DNA of 64,000 nucleotides from Promethearchaeota archaeon (lineage in GTDB: Archaea > Asgardarchaeota > Lokiarchaeia > Sigyniarchaeales > SOKP01): the NCBI GenBank assembly GCA_048940925.1, contig JBHLOC010000009.1, positions 1-64,000 of the forward strand, given 5' to 3'. The notes beneath the pieces are model-generated. The model had not been told where the DNA came from. It saw nothing but the letters and a program-made list of their open reading frames with translations, and made no database searches. This document shows, piece after piece, positions 30,531-40,500 of this stretch. The translations under genes and the position numbers were made by a program. Every line of letters starts with the position of its first letter. Position 1 is the stretch's first letter.

Positions 30531-31457
30531 ATGATAATAGATGTGCATTACCATCTTATCCCCATTGAAATAAGACCTCAAGTTGCTCAAGAGATGTTGT
30601 CAGAACCTCTAAGAGTAGCAAAAATTATGAGATTGAACCCTGAAAGAGACTTACTTATTCAAAAAATATGTGAGTTATGGGGCGATCCTGATGGCAAAAA
30701 GGTAATAAAGCTTATGGATAATTCAGGTGTAGATTTCACAGTAGTTTGCCGATCTGACAACATTGATAATAAATTGATGACTTCAGAAGCAAGTCAAACG
30801 CGTAATAAACGTATTAGTGAGATTGCAAAGAAATATCCAAATCGACTAATGGCTTTTTGTGGGGTAGATCCAAGACGTCCAGAAGCTTTAGATATGTTAA
30901 AACAATGTTTTGAAGAATTTGATATGAAAGGATTGAAATATCATCCAGATAATGGGTTTGATCCTAGTGGTCCTCAATCATATAAACTACTTAAATACGT
31001 GGAGAAGAAAAACGGGATATTACTAACCCATACTGGTCCACTTAGGGGAAGACGAAGTAAATTTTCAGATCCTCTACTTCTTGCTGATATATTAGCTGAT
31101 TTTCCAAAGCTCAGAATAATTGCAGCTCACATGGGACAAATTAATTGGAGACCTTGGGCAGCCCTTGCATCTCATCATTCGAATCTTTATGGAGATTTGG
31201 CAATGTGGGGACCCTATGTTTTTTCAAAATTTAATCTATTCTGCCGAGATCTCAGAGATATAATAGATTATGCGGGAGTAGAACAGGTACTTTTCGGTTC
31301 TGACAGTCCGATTTATGATCCTGTTTTACCAATTAAAGATTTAATAGAAAAATTAAAAAATCTTCCAAACGACGCCCCCAAAGGAATCAAATTTTCAGAA
31401 GAAGAAATTGATGCTATTCTGGGTGAAAATGCGGCAAGGATATTAAATTTAGATTAA
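30531..31457 (+). CDS. Amidohydrolase_2 family metal-dependent hydrolase/decarboxylase
   Basis: IDVHYH, GLKYHP, HTG, AHMG, FGSDSP. Confidence 0.85.
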   Translation: MIIDVHYHLIPIEIRPQVAQEMLSEPLRVAKIMRLNPERDLLIQKICELWGDPDGKKVIKLMDNSGVDFTVVCRSDNIDNKLMTSEASQTRNKRISEIAKKYPNRLMAFCGVDPRRPEALDMLKQCFEEFDMKGLKYHPDNGFDPSGPQSYKLLKYVEKKNGILLTHTGPLRGRRSKFSDPLLLADILADFPKLRIIAAHMGQINWRPWAALASHHSNLYGDLAMWGPYVFSKFNLFCRDLRDIIDYAGVEQVLFGSDSPIYDPVLPIKDLIEKLKNLPNDAPKGIKFSEEEIDAILGENAARILNLD

Positions 31458-31468
31458 TTATAAAATCC

Positions 31469-32509
31469 TTAGGGCTCTAGAATTACCTTCAGAGATTTTT
31501 TAGCCTCACATACAATTTTAAATGCTTCTCCAGCTTTACTTAAAGGGAATCGGTGTGTAATTAATTCTTCCACTTTAATTCTTTTTGAAAGGATCCAGTT
31601 ATAGGACTCATAAAGATCTTCTGGAGCAGCACCATATGATGTCATAATAGTAATTTCATTGCGCCAATACTCATTTATAGGAACTTCAAGATTTATCCCA
31701 GGTTCTGGTACGGCAAAAAACACAATTTTTCCTCCAGGTGCTGCACACTTTAAAGCCTGTTTTGCTGCAGATAAAGCACCAGTACAAACAATTATTATAT
31801 CGGCTAATCGATCTTCATTTACTTTTTTCAATTCGTTTGCGATATCATCTTGTGCGTGAAAAATATAATCTGCTCCAAATTTTTTTGCCATTTGCATCCT
31901 AAATTCATTTAAATCGGTGGCTATTATTTTCTCAGCTCCTCTTAATTTAGCCAATTGAATGTGTAATATACCAGATACACCACTGCCTAAAATCAGAACA
32001 GTTAATTCCTTTTTTACATTTACTAATCTTTGAGCACGGCATACGCAACCCAGTGGTTCGATAAATACCCCTTCTTCATATGATACAGTGTCATCTAAGA
32101 CTATTACACCTTTTTTTTCAATATTAATTTTAGGAATTCGAACATATTCAGCAAAACCCCCAGGGTCATAATTTGTATTATGAAGTAAATCACAGGCCGT
32201 ATGATGCCCTTGTTCGCAATAATGACATTCAAAACATGGAACGTGATGAGAAACAAATACTCGATCCCCAACTTTAAGGTGTCTTACATTTTCACCTACT
32301 TCAACTATATCCCCAGCTATTTCATGACCCAAGATTAGAGAATTAACACCTAATTTTTTCATTTTTGCTTTTCGATAATATTCTAAGATATCAGAACCGC
32401 ATATTCCTGACATTTTGATCCTAATTAAAATTTCTCCTGGACCAATTAGGGGTTTTTGCATTTCTGCTTCTCTTACATCATCATTACTAAAATATCGCGC
32501 AACTTTCAT
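31469..32509 (-). CDS. Zn-dependent alcohol/polyol dehydrogenase (MDR)
   Basis: GICGSD, GHE, CxxCxxCx7C, GSGVSG. Confidence 0.9.
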   Translation of the reverse strand: MKVARYFSNDDVREAEMQKPLIGPGEILIRIKMSGICGSDILEYYRKAKMKKLGVNSLILGHEIAGDIVEVGENVRHLKVGDRVFVSHHVPCFECHYCEQGHHTACDLLHNTNYDPGGFAEYVRIPKINIEKKGVIVLDDTVSYEEGVFIEPLGCVCRAQRLVNVKKELTVLILGSGVSGILHIQLAKLRGAEKIIATDLNEFRMQMAKKFGADYIFHAQDDIANELKKVNEDRLADIIIVCTGALSAAKQALKCAAPGGKIVFFAVPEPGINLEVPINEYWRNEITIMTSYGAAPEDLYESYNWILSKRIKVEELITHRFPLSKAGEAFKIVCEAKKSLKVILEP

Positions 32510-32605
32510 AGTTCTATATAGAAAAATTTAATAATTTCACTATAACCTACTTCAATAAAATAATTTAAAGAGTTACTTAAGTTTTTCTGATATTGATAAG
32601 GACTA

Positions 32606-33544
32606 TTAAAGAGATAGGATTTTCTCTAATTCTTCTTTTTTTACATTTAGTTGATCTGTTTCAGGTAATCTCTTTGTTAATATTCGCCAATTATTATCCT
32701 TTTTAAAGATTTCTTTGAATAAAGGTAAAGCTTCATCAAGTTTTTGATGATTAGCTAATGTTACTGCTGTCCAATATTTCATCTCAAGATCATTGGGAAA
32801 CATTTTTCTCGCAGTATTATATTCTTCAAAAGCTTTATTTATATTTCCCTTTTCAAATTCTTGGTCGCCTTTATCCAGATGATTATATGCTCTCCAAAGT
32901 TTCAATAATCTATCCAATTCTTTTAAAGGTTCATTATGATCCTCCACTCTGATATCAATCAGTGGATCATCCCATTTGTTTTCTACTGGTTCACCTCTTA
33001 CTATTAGGATTGCAGCAGACTGCTTTCCTCTTATATCTCCCCCCACTGTCTCTGCAGCTTCCATAGATCTAATAATTCGTTCAGGTAACTGAAGATTTTT
33101 ATATTTTTGAAAAGCTTCTGCCATTTTTGGCCAAACTTTATCCGAAAGCATAAGATTTGCTTGAACTGAAAAATTATCTCCTATGTAATGCCCTGCATAT
33201 TTGATACACTTTGAACCAGTATGAGTAGCTACTCTCCCTTTAGCATCTAAAATAGCTAGTTGTCTTACATCTCTTCCATCATCATCTGAAAGCAAAATAT
33301 CTACTGCTTCTTGAGGTGTATTACCTTGCTTTAATAGTTCAAGTCCTCGTAAACCGAAAGATTTATTTACAAAAGATTGGGTAGCGACTACTCCTAGGCC
33401 AGATTCCCCCCACGACACAACTGAACCAACAGAAAAATAATGACTTTGAACACCTACCCCCATTTCTCCTGTAATGGGATCTCTTGCTACAATAGAATAG
33501 GTATGAACAAATCGAGATGTAATATTAAACTTTGTAATTTGCAT
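32606..33544 (-). CDS. DUF1028 (Ntn-hydrolase-like) protein with C-terminal TPR
   Basis: TYSIVARDP, VATQS, GGDIRGKQSAA, RVEDH; TPR-like tail. Confidence 0.82.
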   Translation of the reverse strand: MQITKFNITSRFVHTYSIVARDPITGEMGVGVQSHYFSVGSVVSWGESGLGVVATQSFVNKSFGLRGLELLKQGNTPQEAVDILLSDDDGRDVRQLAILDAKGRVATHTGSKCIKYAGHYIGDNFSVQANLMLSDKVWPKMAEAFQKYKNLQLPERIIRSMEAAETVGGDIRGKQSAAILIVRGEPVENKWDDPLIDIRVEDHNEPLKELDRLLKLWRAYNHLDKGDQEFEKGNINKAFEEYNTARKMFPNDLEMKYWTAVTLANHQKLDEALPLFKEIFKKDNNWRILTKRLPETDQLNVKKEELEKILSL

Positions 33545-33656
33545 AATTCTATCCTTACAAGCATTCTTATTAAATTATTCTTAAGTACTATTTTTTTCGC
33601 TTAATAAAAAAGATATCAAAAATAAAAAGGATAAAAATATTATAAATTAGTTTTTT

Positions 33657-34310
33657 TCATTTGGTTATCCTGCGTCTTAACAGCTTAAACGCTATATCGG
33701 TACCCATCCCCTGTTTATAAGCTAATTCAATCCAAAGCATTGCAAGAGGTTCAGTAAGCCTTGCATTTGAGAGTGGTCCAACATCGATAACTTCAAAACC
33801 GAGATCGACTCCTAATTGTTTCACTTTTGATTTTGCTACGAAATCATCTCCACAAATAAACAAACTTGCTTGTTGTGAACCAAATTGCAATTTATTTAAA
33901 CTTTCTACTCCAATAGTATGAACAGTTTTTATTACCTTAGCTCCTACTGCCCATTTTGCAACTTTTTCAGCGGCAGATGGAGTAGGTCGTATTAAAGGAC
34001 CTCCTAAATGGGGAACAGCAGTAGTAGTAGAATCTACTAAAATTTTACCATCTAAATTACCCGCTTCTATGATTGATTCCTTTGCCCCTGACCATGGAAC
34101 TGCTAGGATAATAACAGCACCAAATTTTACAGCATCTTCGTATTTTCCACCACTTGCATTAGATCCTATGGAATTAGCTAACTTTTTAGCTTTCTCAGGA
34201 TCCCGAGAACCAAACATAATCGTATGGCCTTTCTCTGCCCAAATTTTTCCTAATGTACTACCCAATCTTCCAGTCCCAATTATCCCAATTCTCATTAATT
34301 CTTCCACCAT
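33657..34310 (-). CDS. NADPH-dependent F420 reductase family oxidoreductase
   Basis: GTGRLG, GSR, LAVP, CGDD, DVGPLSNAR. Confidence 0.8.
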   Translation of the reverse strand: MVEELMRIGIIGTGRLGSTLGKIWAEKGHTIMFGSRDPEKAKKLANSIGSNASGGKYEDAVKFGAVIILAVPWSGAKESIIEAGNLDGKILVDSTTTAVPHLGGPLIRPTPSAAEKVAKWAVGAKVIKTVHTIGVESLNKLQFGSQQASLFICGDDFVAKSKVKQLGVDLGFEVIDVGPLSNARLTEPLAMLWIELAYKQGMGTDIAFKLLRRRITK

Positions 34311-34421
34311 GGATTACTTTATTTAAATATATAAAATTCTAATTCGCTCAATTTTAATTGAAAATATAATAGTTATATATTTATATCTTGAGCTGTAATG
34401 CAATTTTTATAAAAATTAAAA

Positions 34422-35015
34422 TTATATATTAATTAAAGCAGTTAGGATTTTTTTTGCTCTAACAGTATTAAAAATACCACATACGCATGGCCTTGCTAAC
34501 TTTTGTGCTGCTTTTTCAATAGTAATCTTTCGTTGTTTTATTAATTTTACATAATGGGAAATTGATTGTGGAGATATTGTGTGATGGCCACACATGGTAG
34601 TAATTTCTAAAATGGTTTCATCTGGTAATAGTTCTTTCTTACCAAATACTCCTAAGGAATAATGGATTGTATGGAGGGATAAACCAACTTCTTTAACTAC
34701 TTTTTCGATTTCAGATATTAAACCACTTACTACTATTGATATCCCAAAATCTTCTTTCTTGAGAATTTTTAAGACTTCTTTTACTGTTTCTATATCAGTA
34801 AATGTTGCAGTTATAGTAGGAGAGACTTTCCACCCAACTTCGGGCATAATATTTGTCGGATTATATTGCTTTAAGATTTCAGCAATCTTTATTAATTTTT
34901 GGCGCGAATCTGGATACTTATCATTAATACCAGATGCAAGCATGGCTAGAATTACAAAATCTCCCCTTAAATCTTCAATATTTCCTTTTCTATGTAAAGA
35001 GTGAGTCAATCGCAT
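34422..35015 (-). CDS. Conserved hypothetical partner of the adjacent Fe-S protein
   Basis: THSLHR, TTMCGH, CVCGIFN; 10 bp from upstream gene, SD GGAGG. Confidence 0.7.
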   Translation of the reverse strand: MRLTHSLHRKGNIEDLRGDFVILAMLASGINDKYPDSRQKLIKIAEILKQYNPTNIMPEVGWKVSPTITATFTDIETVKEVLKILKKEDFGISIVVSGLISEIEKVVKEVGLSLHTIHYSLGVFGKKELLPDETILEITTMCGHHTISPQSISHYVKLIKQRKITIEKAAQKLARPCVCGIFNTVRAKKILTALINI

Positions 35016-35025
35016 TACCTCCTTT

Positions 35026-35727
35026 TTATGGTCTTCCTAACCCAATATTTACTTTGGCATTTGGTCTAACATTAAAGCCCTCTTGCTTTAATAAATTAAT
35101 AATCTGGACTTTTTCACTTTCGATAATTCTTGAAACAATACCAACTGAAAAAACTGTGTCAATTCTTTTATCTATATCTTTTATTAGATCAAGAACTTTA
35201 CGAACTTTATTTTTAGGGACTTTAAATTCTATAATCGTAGAAAGGACTTTTTCATTTTTTATTTCTTCTTTAATATTTCCTTGGTTATTAATTAAAAGTG
35301 CAGTAACTGGACTTTCAGGTTCAAATTCCACACCTATTTTTGCTAATTGGGTTGTAAATAATTCAATATTTCTAAGATAAGTTCCTACTCCTGGTCGACC
35401 CAATTCAATGGAAAATCCAATTTCTCCGATATTAAATCTATCTGTAACGTCGTTTGTTTTCATTTCTTCTGTACCTCGTCCAGCAATGCCAGTAATCTTA
35501 TGTGTGGCAATCACATTGCTAAACGGACTTCTAATTATTCTTGGCCATTTTAATCGTGTGGTTCTGATTGCATTAACCGGACACTCAACACTTCTATAAC
35601 AGACACCGCATTCAACACATACTTCATAATCTATAGAAGCTCTCTTATCAACTAATTTAATAGCCTGAACAGGGCATACAATAACACATTGCCCACAACC
35701 TGTGCAAATTTCTCTATTTATATCCAT
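35026..35727 (-). CDS. 2[4Fe-4S] ferredoxin-domain protein
   Basis: CTGCGQCVIVCP, CVECGVC...CP, GRGTEEMKTNDVT, ELGRPG. Confidence 0.8.
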   Translation of the reverse strand: MDINREICTGCGQCVIVCPVQAIKLVDKRASIDYEVCVECGVCYRSVECPVNAIRTTRLKWPRIIRSPFSNVIATHKITGIAGRGTEEMKTNDVTDRFNIGEIGFSIELGRPGVGTYLRNIELFTTQLAKIGVEFEPESPVTALLINNQGNIKEEIKNEKVLSTIIEFKVPKNKVRKVLDLIKDIDKRIDTVFSVGIVSRIIESEKVQIINLLKQEGFNVRPNAKVNIGLGRP

Positions 35728-35767
35728 AATTATTGCATTTTTTGATAGATTAGTTTTAATATTAGAT

Positions 35768-37024
35768 TTAGTTAGATTTAATGTTTTCTATATCTTTAGG
35801 TAATGTCCTAAAAATAGGTATAATCAAAAGTGTACACATTAATGCCATTATTGATAAAATTAAATAACCTGGACTATAGAGATTGTTGAATCTTATAAAG
35901 AATTGTCCAAGTAATAATAAACTTATACTCCTACCAAATGTATATGATAAATAATTAAGTGAGTATATTGTAGTTCTAATCTGAGGGGGATTAATTCCGA
36001 GTGTAGCCTGAGTTAACGGGTCAATACCACCAAATAGAAAGGCTCCTCCCAATGCGAGAATAATAAATAGAATAAGAATTGGAAATTCATATGATATGAA
36101 AAACAATAAAAATGCTATAATATAGAGGATTGACCCGCTTGAAAGACATATAAAAACAATTTTCATCCTACCTTTTTTATCGGTTTCATATTTTTTGTCC
36201 CCTAATTTTCCAAATATGGGCCCTGCTGGAATTTGTGAACCAAAAATTATGATTAAGAAAATTGTTGCAAGAGTAGAGTTAACTCCATAATCATTTTTTA
36301 GCATTGAGATGAAAAAAGAGGATATTGCACCTATCGATATGAACATCGCAAAATTCAATAATAATATCCAAATTGTTGATTTCACTTCCCAGATTCGCTT
36401 TAGATCTTTGAATTTTATCTCATATCCTATTCCAATAGCACTCTCATCAATAGCTTTATAAAACTCATCTTTTTCACCTCTTAATGGCTCATCGATTAAA
36501 AATAATAATACTGTACACACAAATCCGCATAAAGAGACAATTAATATCGGTATTTGCCATGTATAATAATCAATTAAGAATCCAGAAAGTATTTGACCTA
36601 GACCATTTCCTAAAACATAAATAGCACTTAAATCCCCGAATTTTTTACCACGACTTTCTGAATCCACTAGATCAGTGATTAATGAGAAAATTAAAGGTAA
36701 AGCCGCTCCAAATCCGATAGCTGTGATTAGTTGATATATTAGAAGACTAAGAAAATTGGTTGAGAATATTGTTAATAAAGTTAGAATTGACCATTCCAAT
36801 GTACTTATAATTAGCAAAATTTTCCTTGGAAATTTATCCCCTAATAATGCCCAAAAAAGAGAACTTATAGCACCAACCATTAAAAACATTGCATTAATAA
36901 AAGCAACCTGACTTTCATTAAAACCTAATGCGGAAGAAATTTCAAAAGCCATTGGTGTAATTATACTAAACAGAGTTGATGAAAAAAGGGTCAAGATAGC
37001 TAAAATTTGTGTATTTTTTACCAT
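35768..37024 (-). CDS. MFS transporter
   Basis: About 12 TM; motif A LGDKFPRK. Confidence 0.85.
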   Translation of the reverse strand: MVKNTQILAILTLFSSTLFSIITPMAFEISSALGFNESQVAFINAMFLMVGAISSLFWALLGDKFPRKILLIISTLEWSILTLLTIFSTNFLSLLIYQLITAIGFGAALPLIFSLITDLVDSESRGKKFGDLSAIYVLGNGLGQILSGFLIDYYTWQIPILIVSLCGFVCTVLLFLIDEPLRGEKDEFYKAIDESAIGIGYEIKFKDLKRIWEVKSTIWILLLNFAMFISIGAISSFFISMLKNDYGVNSTLATIFLIIIFGSQIPAGPIFGKLGDKKYETDKKGRMKIVFICLSSGSILYIIAFLLFFISYEFPILILFIILALGGAFLFGGIDPLTQATLGINPPQIRTTIYSLNYLSYTFGRSISLLLLGQFFIRFNNLYSPGYLILSIMALMCTLLIIPIFRTLPKDIENIKSN

Positions 37025-37177
37025 AATAACTCTCTTTTTATTTTTTTTCTGATTCCTATTGTGTTATCTATATATTTAATATTTGAATTATTCTTATACG
37101 GTAATTTTTAATTTCTTAATCAAATACACTTTAAATAAGAAAACTTTAATTGAAAAAGAGTAAAAAAAAAAGTAGGA

Positions 37178-37381
37178 TTAATTATGTTTATTCGATTTAC
37201 TTCTTATCAGCATTTTAAAATTCTCATCATCTAAATCCTTATACATTTTCAATTCATTTGTTAAAAAATCATTCAAGGCAATTCTTATCGCCTCACTTCT
37301 AGAAGGATAAATTCCCATATCGTTTAGAATTTGAATAGCCTGCAAATATTTTTCTGGTAAATTGATTGTTATTATCTTCAT
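37178..37381 (-). CDS. Ribbon-helix-helix (CopG/Arc/MetJ) regulator
   Basis: ITINLP...YPSRSEAIR. Confidence 0.85.
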   Translation of the reverse strand: MKIITINLPEKYLQAIQILNDMGIYPSRSEAIRIALNDFLTNELKMYKDLDDENFKMLIRSKSNKHN

Positions 37382-37631
37382 TTAACACAACCCCTTTGTT
37401 CAAAAACTTGAAATAATTCTTAAAATTAAATGCTATACTTGATATATTTTGTCGGGTTGTTTATAAATTGAATATATTAATCCTTTAATTATATTAATTG
37501 TTTAATGGCTAACGAATATGTCTTTTTTAGATTTCTAATAAAGATTAATATGTAAAAGCAATAATATATAATACTTTTAGCTTTTTTTTTAGAATAAAAT
37601 AAAAAATTTAAAAGAATATATTATTACAGAT

Positions 37632-38390
37632 TTATGGTCGATTAAAAGATTTAATATGAAGTAATAGCGAAAATGCTGATTTGTATAAATCAGAATGGCT
37701 TACTTCTTTTATATCTTTCAAATATGTAATACTGTAATCTTCTTCTCGTTTTAAGTAAGTAATATTCTTAGTTTTGTGTTCATTATCCAAAACTACATCG
37801 ATTTTTAATATTTTTTTATTCAATTGAGTAGGTAATTGGGGCATCATATTGAAACTATATATTATATCTGAATCCTCGTCATTTTTGGCATCAATAACAA
37901 AAAGTAAATTTGGTTCAGCAACTGCTAGGAAACTTTCTAAAGAATGATAGAGATCATCCACTCTTACCGTTAATTTAGAATTATTTTCAACATCAAATAT
38001 ACTACAATCACTAATCATAGGGAAAATGAATTTTTCTTTTCCTCGAAATGCTAGACTCATTTCATTAGGATTTAGAAATTCCTTTATAGTAGGAGCATCT
38101 TTTTCTAATAAAAATTCACTAGATATTGGTTCACTTTTTACATAAACTATTAGCGAACCAGTAGATATCATATTTATTTTTTGGTAATAAATCTTAAAAA
38201 TAGGGTTGTATGGTAAATTTATTATCTCTTTATTACCCCCCAATCCAAATTGCGCTAAAATGTTTGTAGGCACTTGGCTAGTTAGTGTAAATAACAAAAA
38301 CGACCGAAAAGTTTGGAGTTCAATAAAATTGGTAAAATTCTTGAAATTTTCATGAATTTCATCTATTTTTTGCTTTAATTCATCTGACAT
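37632..38390 (-). CDS. Hypothetical protein
   Basis: 252-aa ORF, no recognised motif. Confidence 0.65.
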   Translation of the reverse strand: MSDELKQKIDEIHENFKNFTNFIELQTFRSFLLFTLTSQVPTNILAQFGLGGNKEIINLPYNPIFKIYYQKINMISTGSLIVYVKSEPISSEFLLEKDAPTIKEFLNPNEMSLAFRGKEKFIFPMISDCSIFDVENNSKLTVRVDDLYHSLESFLAVAEPNLLFVIDAKNDEDSDIIYSFNMMPQLPTQLNKKILKIDVVLDNEHKTKNITYLKREEDYSITYLKDIKEVSHSDLYKSAFSLLLHIKSFNRP

Positions 38391-38455
38391 TTTTACATGT
38401 TCTAAGATAATTTTTTTAAAAGGTTATGTCAATGAATTAAGAATAATAATTAAAT

Positions 38456-38878
38456 CTAACCATTCAAATATTTTGAGAGGAATTCTTCTAAAGAATCTTT
38501 AACATCTGGTGTAATATGATGCTCAATTTCACAAGATAACTCATCTATCACTTCTTTATTTTGTATTTTCAAAACCTTTGCAAAAAATTTATATAACAAA
38601 GAATGTATTTCGCTTAATTGCATAGCAATTTCTTTTCCTTTATCAGTTAATCTTATAGCTTTTCTTGGTTCCCATTTGATTAAACCTTTATTTTTTAATT
38701 TCTCCAGCATCCCGGTTACAGAGGGAGGTTCAATCTGAAGTCTTTCAGCGATTTCTTTATTGGTTACCCAACCACCCTTTTTTTTATGTGAAATATTATG
38801 AATCTCATCTAAATATCTTTGATAACTCTCAGGAATGTCTGAAAACTCGGTAGTTTTTTTATTACTTTTTTTTGTCAT
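38456..38878 (-). CDS. DtxR/MntR family metal-dependent regulator
   Basis: YL..I, IAERL..PPSVT.ML.KL, LTDKG, CEIEHH. Confidence 0.9.
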   Translation of the reverse strand: MTKKSNKKTTEFSDIPESYQRYLDEIHNISHKKKGGWVTNKEIAERLQIEPPSVTGMLEKLKNKGLIKWEPRKAIRLTDKGKEIAMQLSEIHSLLYKFFAKVLKIQNKEVIDELSCEIEHHITPDVKDSLEEFLSKYLNG

Positions 38879-39099
38879 ATCTAAATGAAAATTTTAAATA
38901 TTTGATAAAAATTTAAGCTTGCTTACAAGAATGATAACATCAATCATACTTTAATTTTCTTTCTTTTAATAAAAGTGATTTTATGAATTTTATTTTTAGC
39001 ATTTAAGAAAAATAAATACTGTTCAAATTATTAAAGAATTTATATCTAAATTGAACTTTATAAGAATATAGAATATTAAAATATTAGTTCAAGAAGTAA

Positions 39100-39672
39100 A
39101 TGGCAAAAGATTTTCCTGGTATTTTATTTTTGGTAGTTGGAAATTCTGGAGCGGGTAAAGATTCTATTATTTCTGGTTTAATTAATCAATATCCTTCAAA
39201 TTTAAAAAAAATTTATGCTCCTAAAAGATATATAACTAGACCTCCATCTGAAACTGAAAAAAATTTCTCCATTTCAACATTAGATTTCAAACAAATGGAA
39301 AAAAGGGGAAAATTTGCTTTTAAGTGGCATATTTATAGTTTAGATTATGGAATACCCATAGATATTGAAAATTGGCTTAAGAAAGGGCATCCAGTTATTA
39401 TTAATGTGAGTCGTACTATTGTAAAAGAAGCTAAAGAAAAATATAAAAACGTCAAGGTTATATTTATTTATGTTCCTTTTGATTTAACTTATATAAGAAT
39501 TAAAGATCGAAAAAGAGAAAGTAAGAAATTATTAAATGAAAGAATTGAACGAGCTAGAAATAATCAAACGTTTCCAGAAGCAGACTTCATAGTAGATAAT
39601 TCCGGAAAGCTTTATGATGCTATTAATCAACTTTTAGATTATATAATTAAAATAGTACAAAATACTTCTTAA
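39100..39672 (+). CDS. phnN: Ribose 1,5-bisphosphokinase (PhnN; guanylate-kinase-like)
   Basis: VVGNSGAGKDS, RYITRP, W.IY.L.YG, NVSR, DNSG. Confidence 0.8.
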   Translation: MAKDFPGILFLVVGNSGAGKDSIISGLINQYPSNLKKIYAPKRYITRPPSETEKNFSISTLDFKQMEKRGKFAFKWHIYSLDYGIPIDIENWLKKGHPVIINVSRTIVKEAKEKYKNVKVIFIYVPFDLTYIRIKDRKRESKKLLNERIERARNNQTFPEADFIVDNSGKLYDAINQLLDYIIKIVQNTS

Positions 39673-39737
39673 TCAAAAATAGATAAAATTTTTTTTTAAA
39701 GAATAATTACTTTTAGTAATTTTCAGATAAATCTTAT

Positions 39738-39866
39738 GGCCCGGTTTGTATAGTGGTTAGTATTGGGGACATTTCTAGTTGTTATAGAAACCCTAATGTG
39801 AATCCCTAGAGACGGGTTCAAATAATGAGAATTTTCTTCTCATTGGAACAATTCCCGTACCGGGCC
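39738..39866 (+). tRNA. tRNA-His(GUG) with two introns (39771-39796 at position 32/33; 39822-39851 at position 58/59)
   Basis: Removing both inserts gives a full cloverleaf: G-1, acceptor GCCCGGT/ACCGGGC, C73, D-arm GTAT-AGTGGTTA-GTAT, anticodon arm GGGGA-CT-GTG-AA-TCCCT, T-arm ACGGG-TTCAATT-CCCGT. Both inserts fold into bulge-helix motifs. Confidence 0.9.
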
Positions 39867-39867
39867 C

Positions 39868-39880
39868 TTTTTTTCTCTTT
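39868..39880 (+). terminator. Oligo-T archaeal terminator after tRNA-His
   Basis: TTTTTTTCTCTTT immediately after the tRNA 3' end. Confidence 0.55.
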
Positions 39881-39970
39881 AGAAATGTAGTCTCTTATCT
39901 TAAAAATGGTAAAATAATAATACATTAAAGAGTTTTATTTACAATAATAGACTTAGTTCTTAAAATAAGT

Positions 39971-40426
39971 ATGATAAAGTTAGATCAAGATAAACTTCGC
40001 GATTTATTAGGTTGGGAAAAAAATGCCCCAGTTCCAATCTGTATGGGTGGTGATTATCGAGCCTTAACTTTTTGCTGTAAACCAGGATATTCACTAACAT
40101 TTGGGTTTAAATGTAAAAGAGATGAGACATTACGAGAAATTGGTTTATCCTCTGAAGATTTTATAAAAATAAAAGAGGATTTTTCTAAAGAAAATAATTG
40201 GGATTCAGAAATAGTGTGCTTTGGATCTATTTCTTATTGTTGTATGAGACGGAATGGATGTCCAAGGAGAGATACTGCTCTATTAGAACGATATCCAAAT
40301 ATGACAATGGAAAAAATAATGGTACTATATTTTAAAAAGAAAAAGGAACTTTCAAAAAAAATTTTACAATTTGTTAAAGATACGAGCGGAAAAAAGAAGG
40401 TAAAACCATATTTAGATTTATTCTAA
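39971..40426 (+). CDS. Methanogenesis marker 9 domain-like Cys-rich protein
   Basis: WEKNAP..IC.GGD.RALTFCC, CFGSISYCC....C.RRD. Confidence 0.75.
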   Translation: MIKLDQDKLRDLLGWEKNAPVPICMGGDYRALTFCCKPGYSLTFGFKCKRDETLREIGLSSEDFIKIKEDFSKENNWDSEIVCFGSISYCCMRRNGCPRRDTALLERYPNMTMEKIMVLYFKKKKELSKKILQFVKDTSGKKKVKPYLDLF

Positions 40427-40500
40427 GATTTTGACTTAAGTTCCTTTTTTTCAGATTATTAATAGGAAATTTTATAAATTACAAATTTTTCACTTAATGA

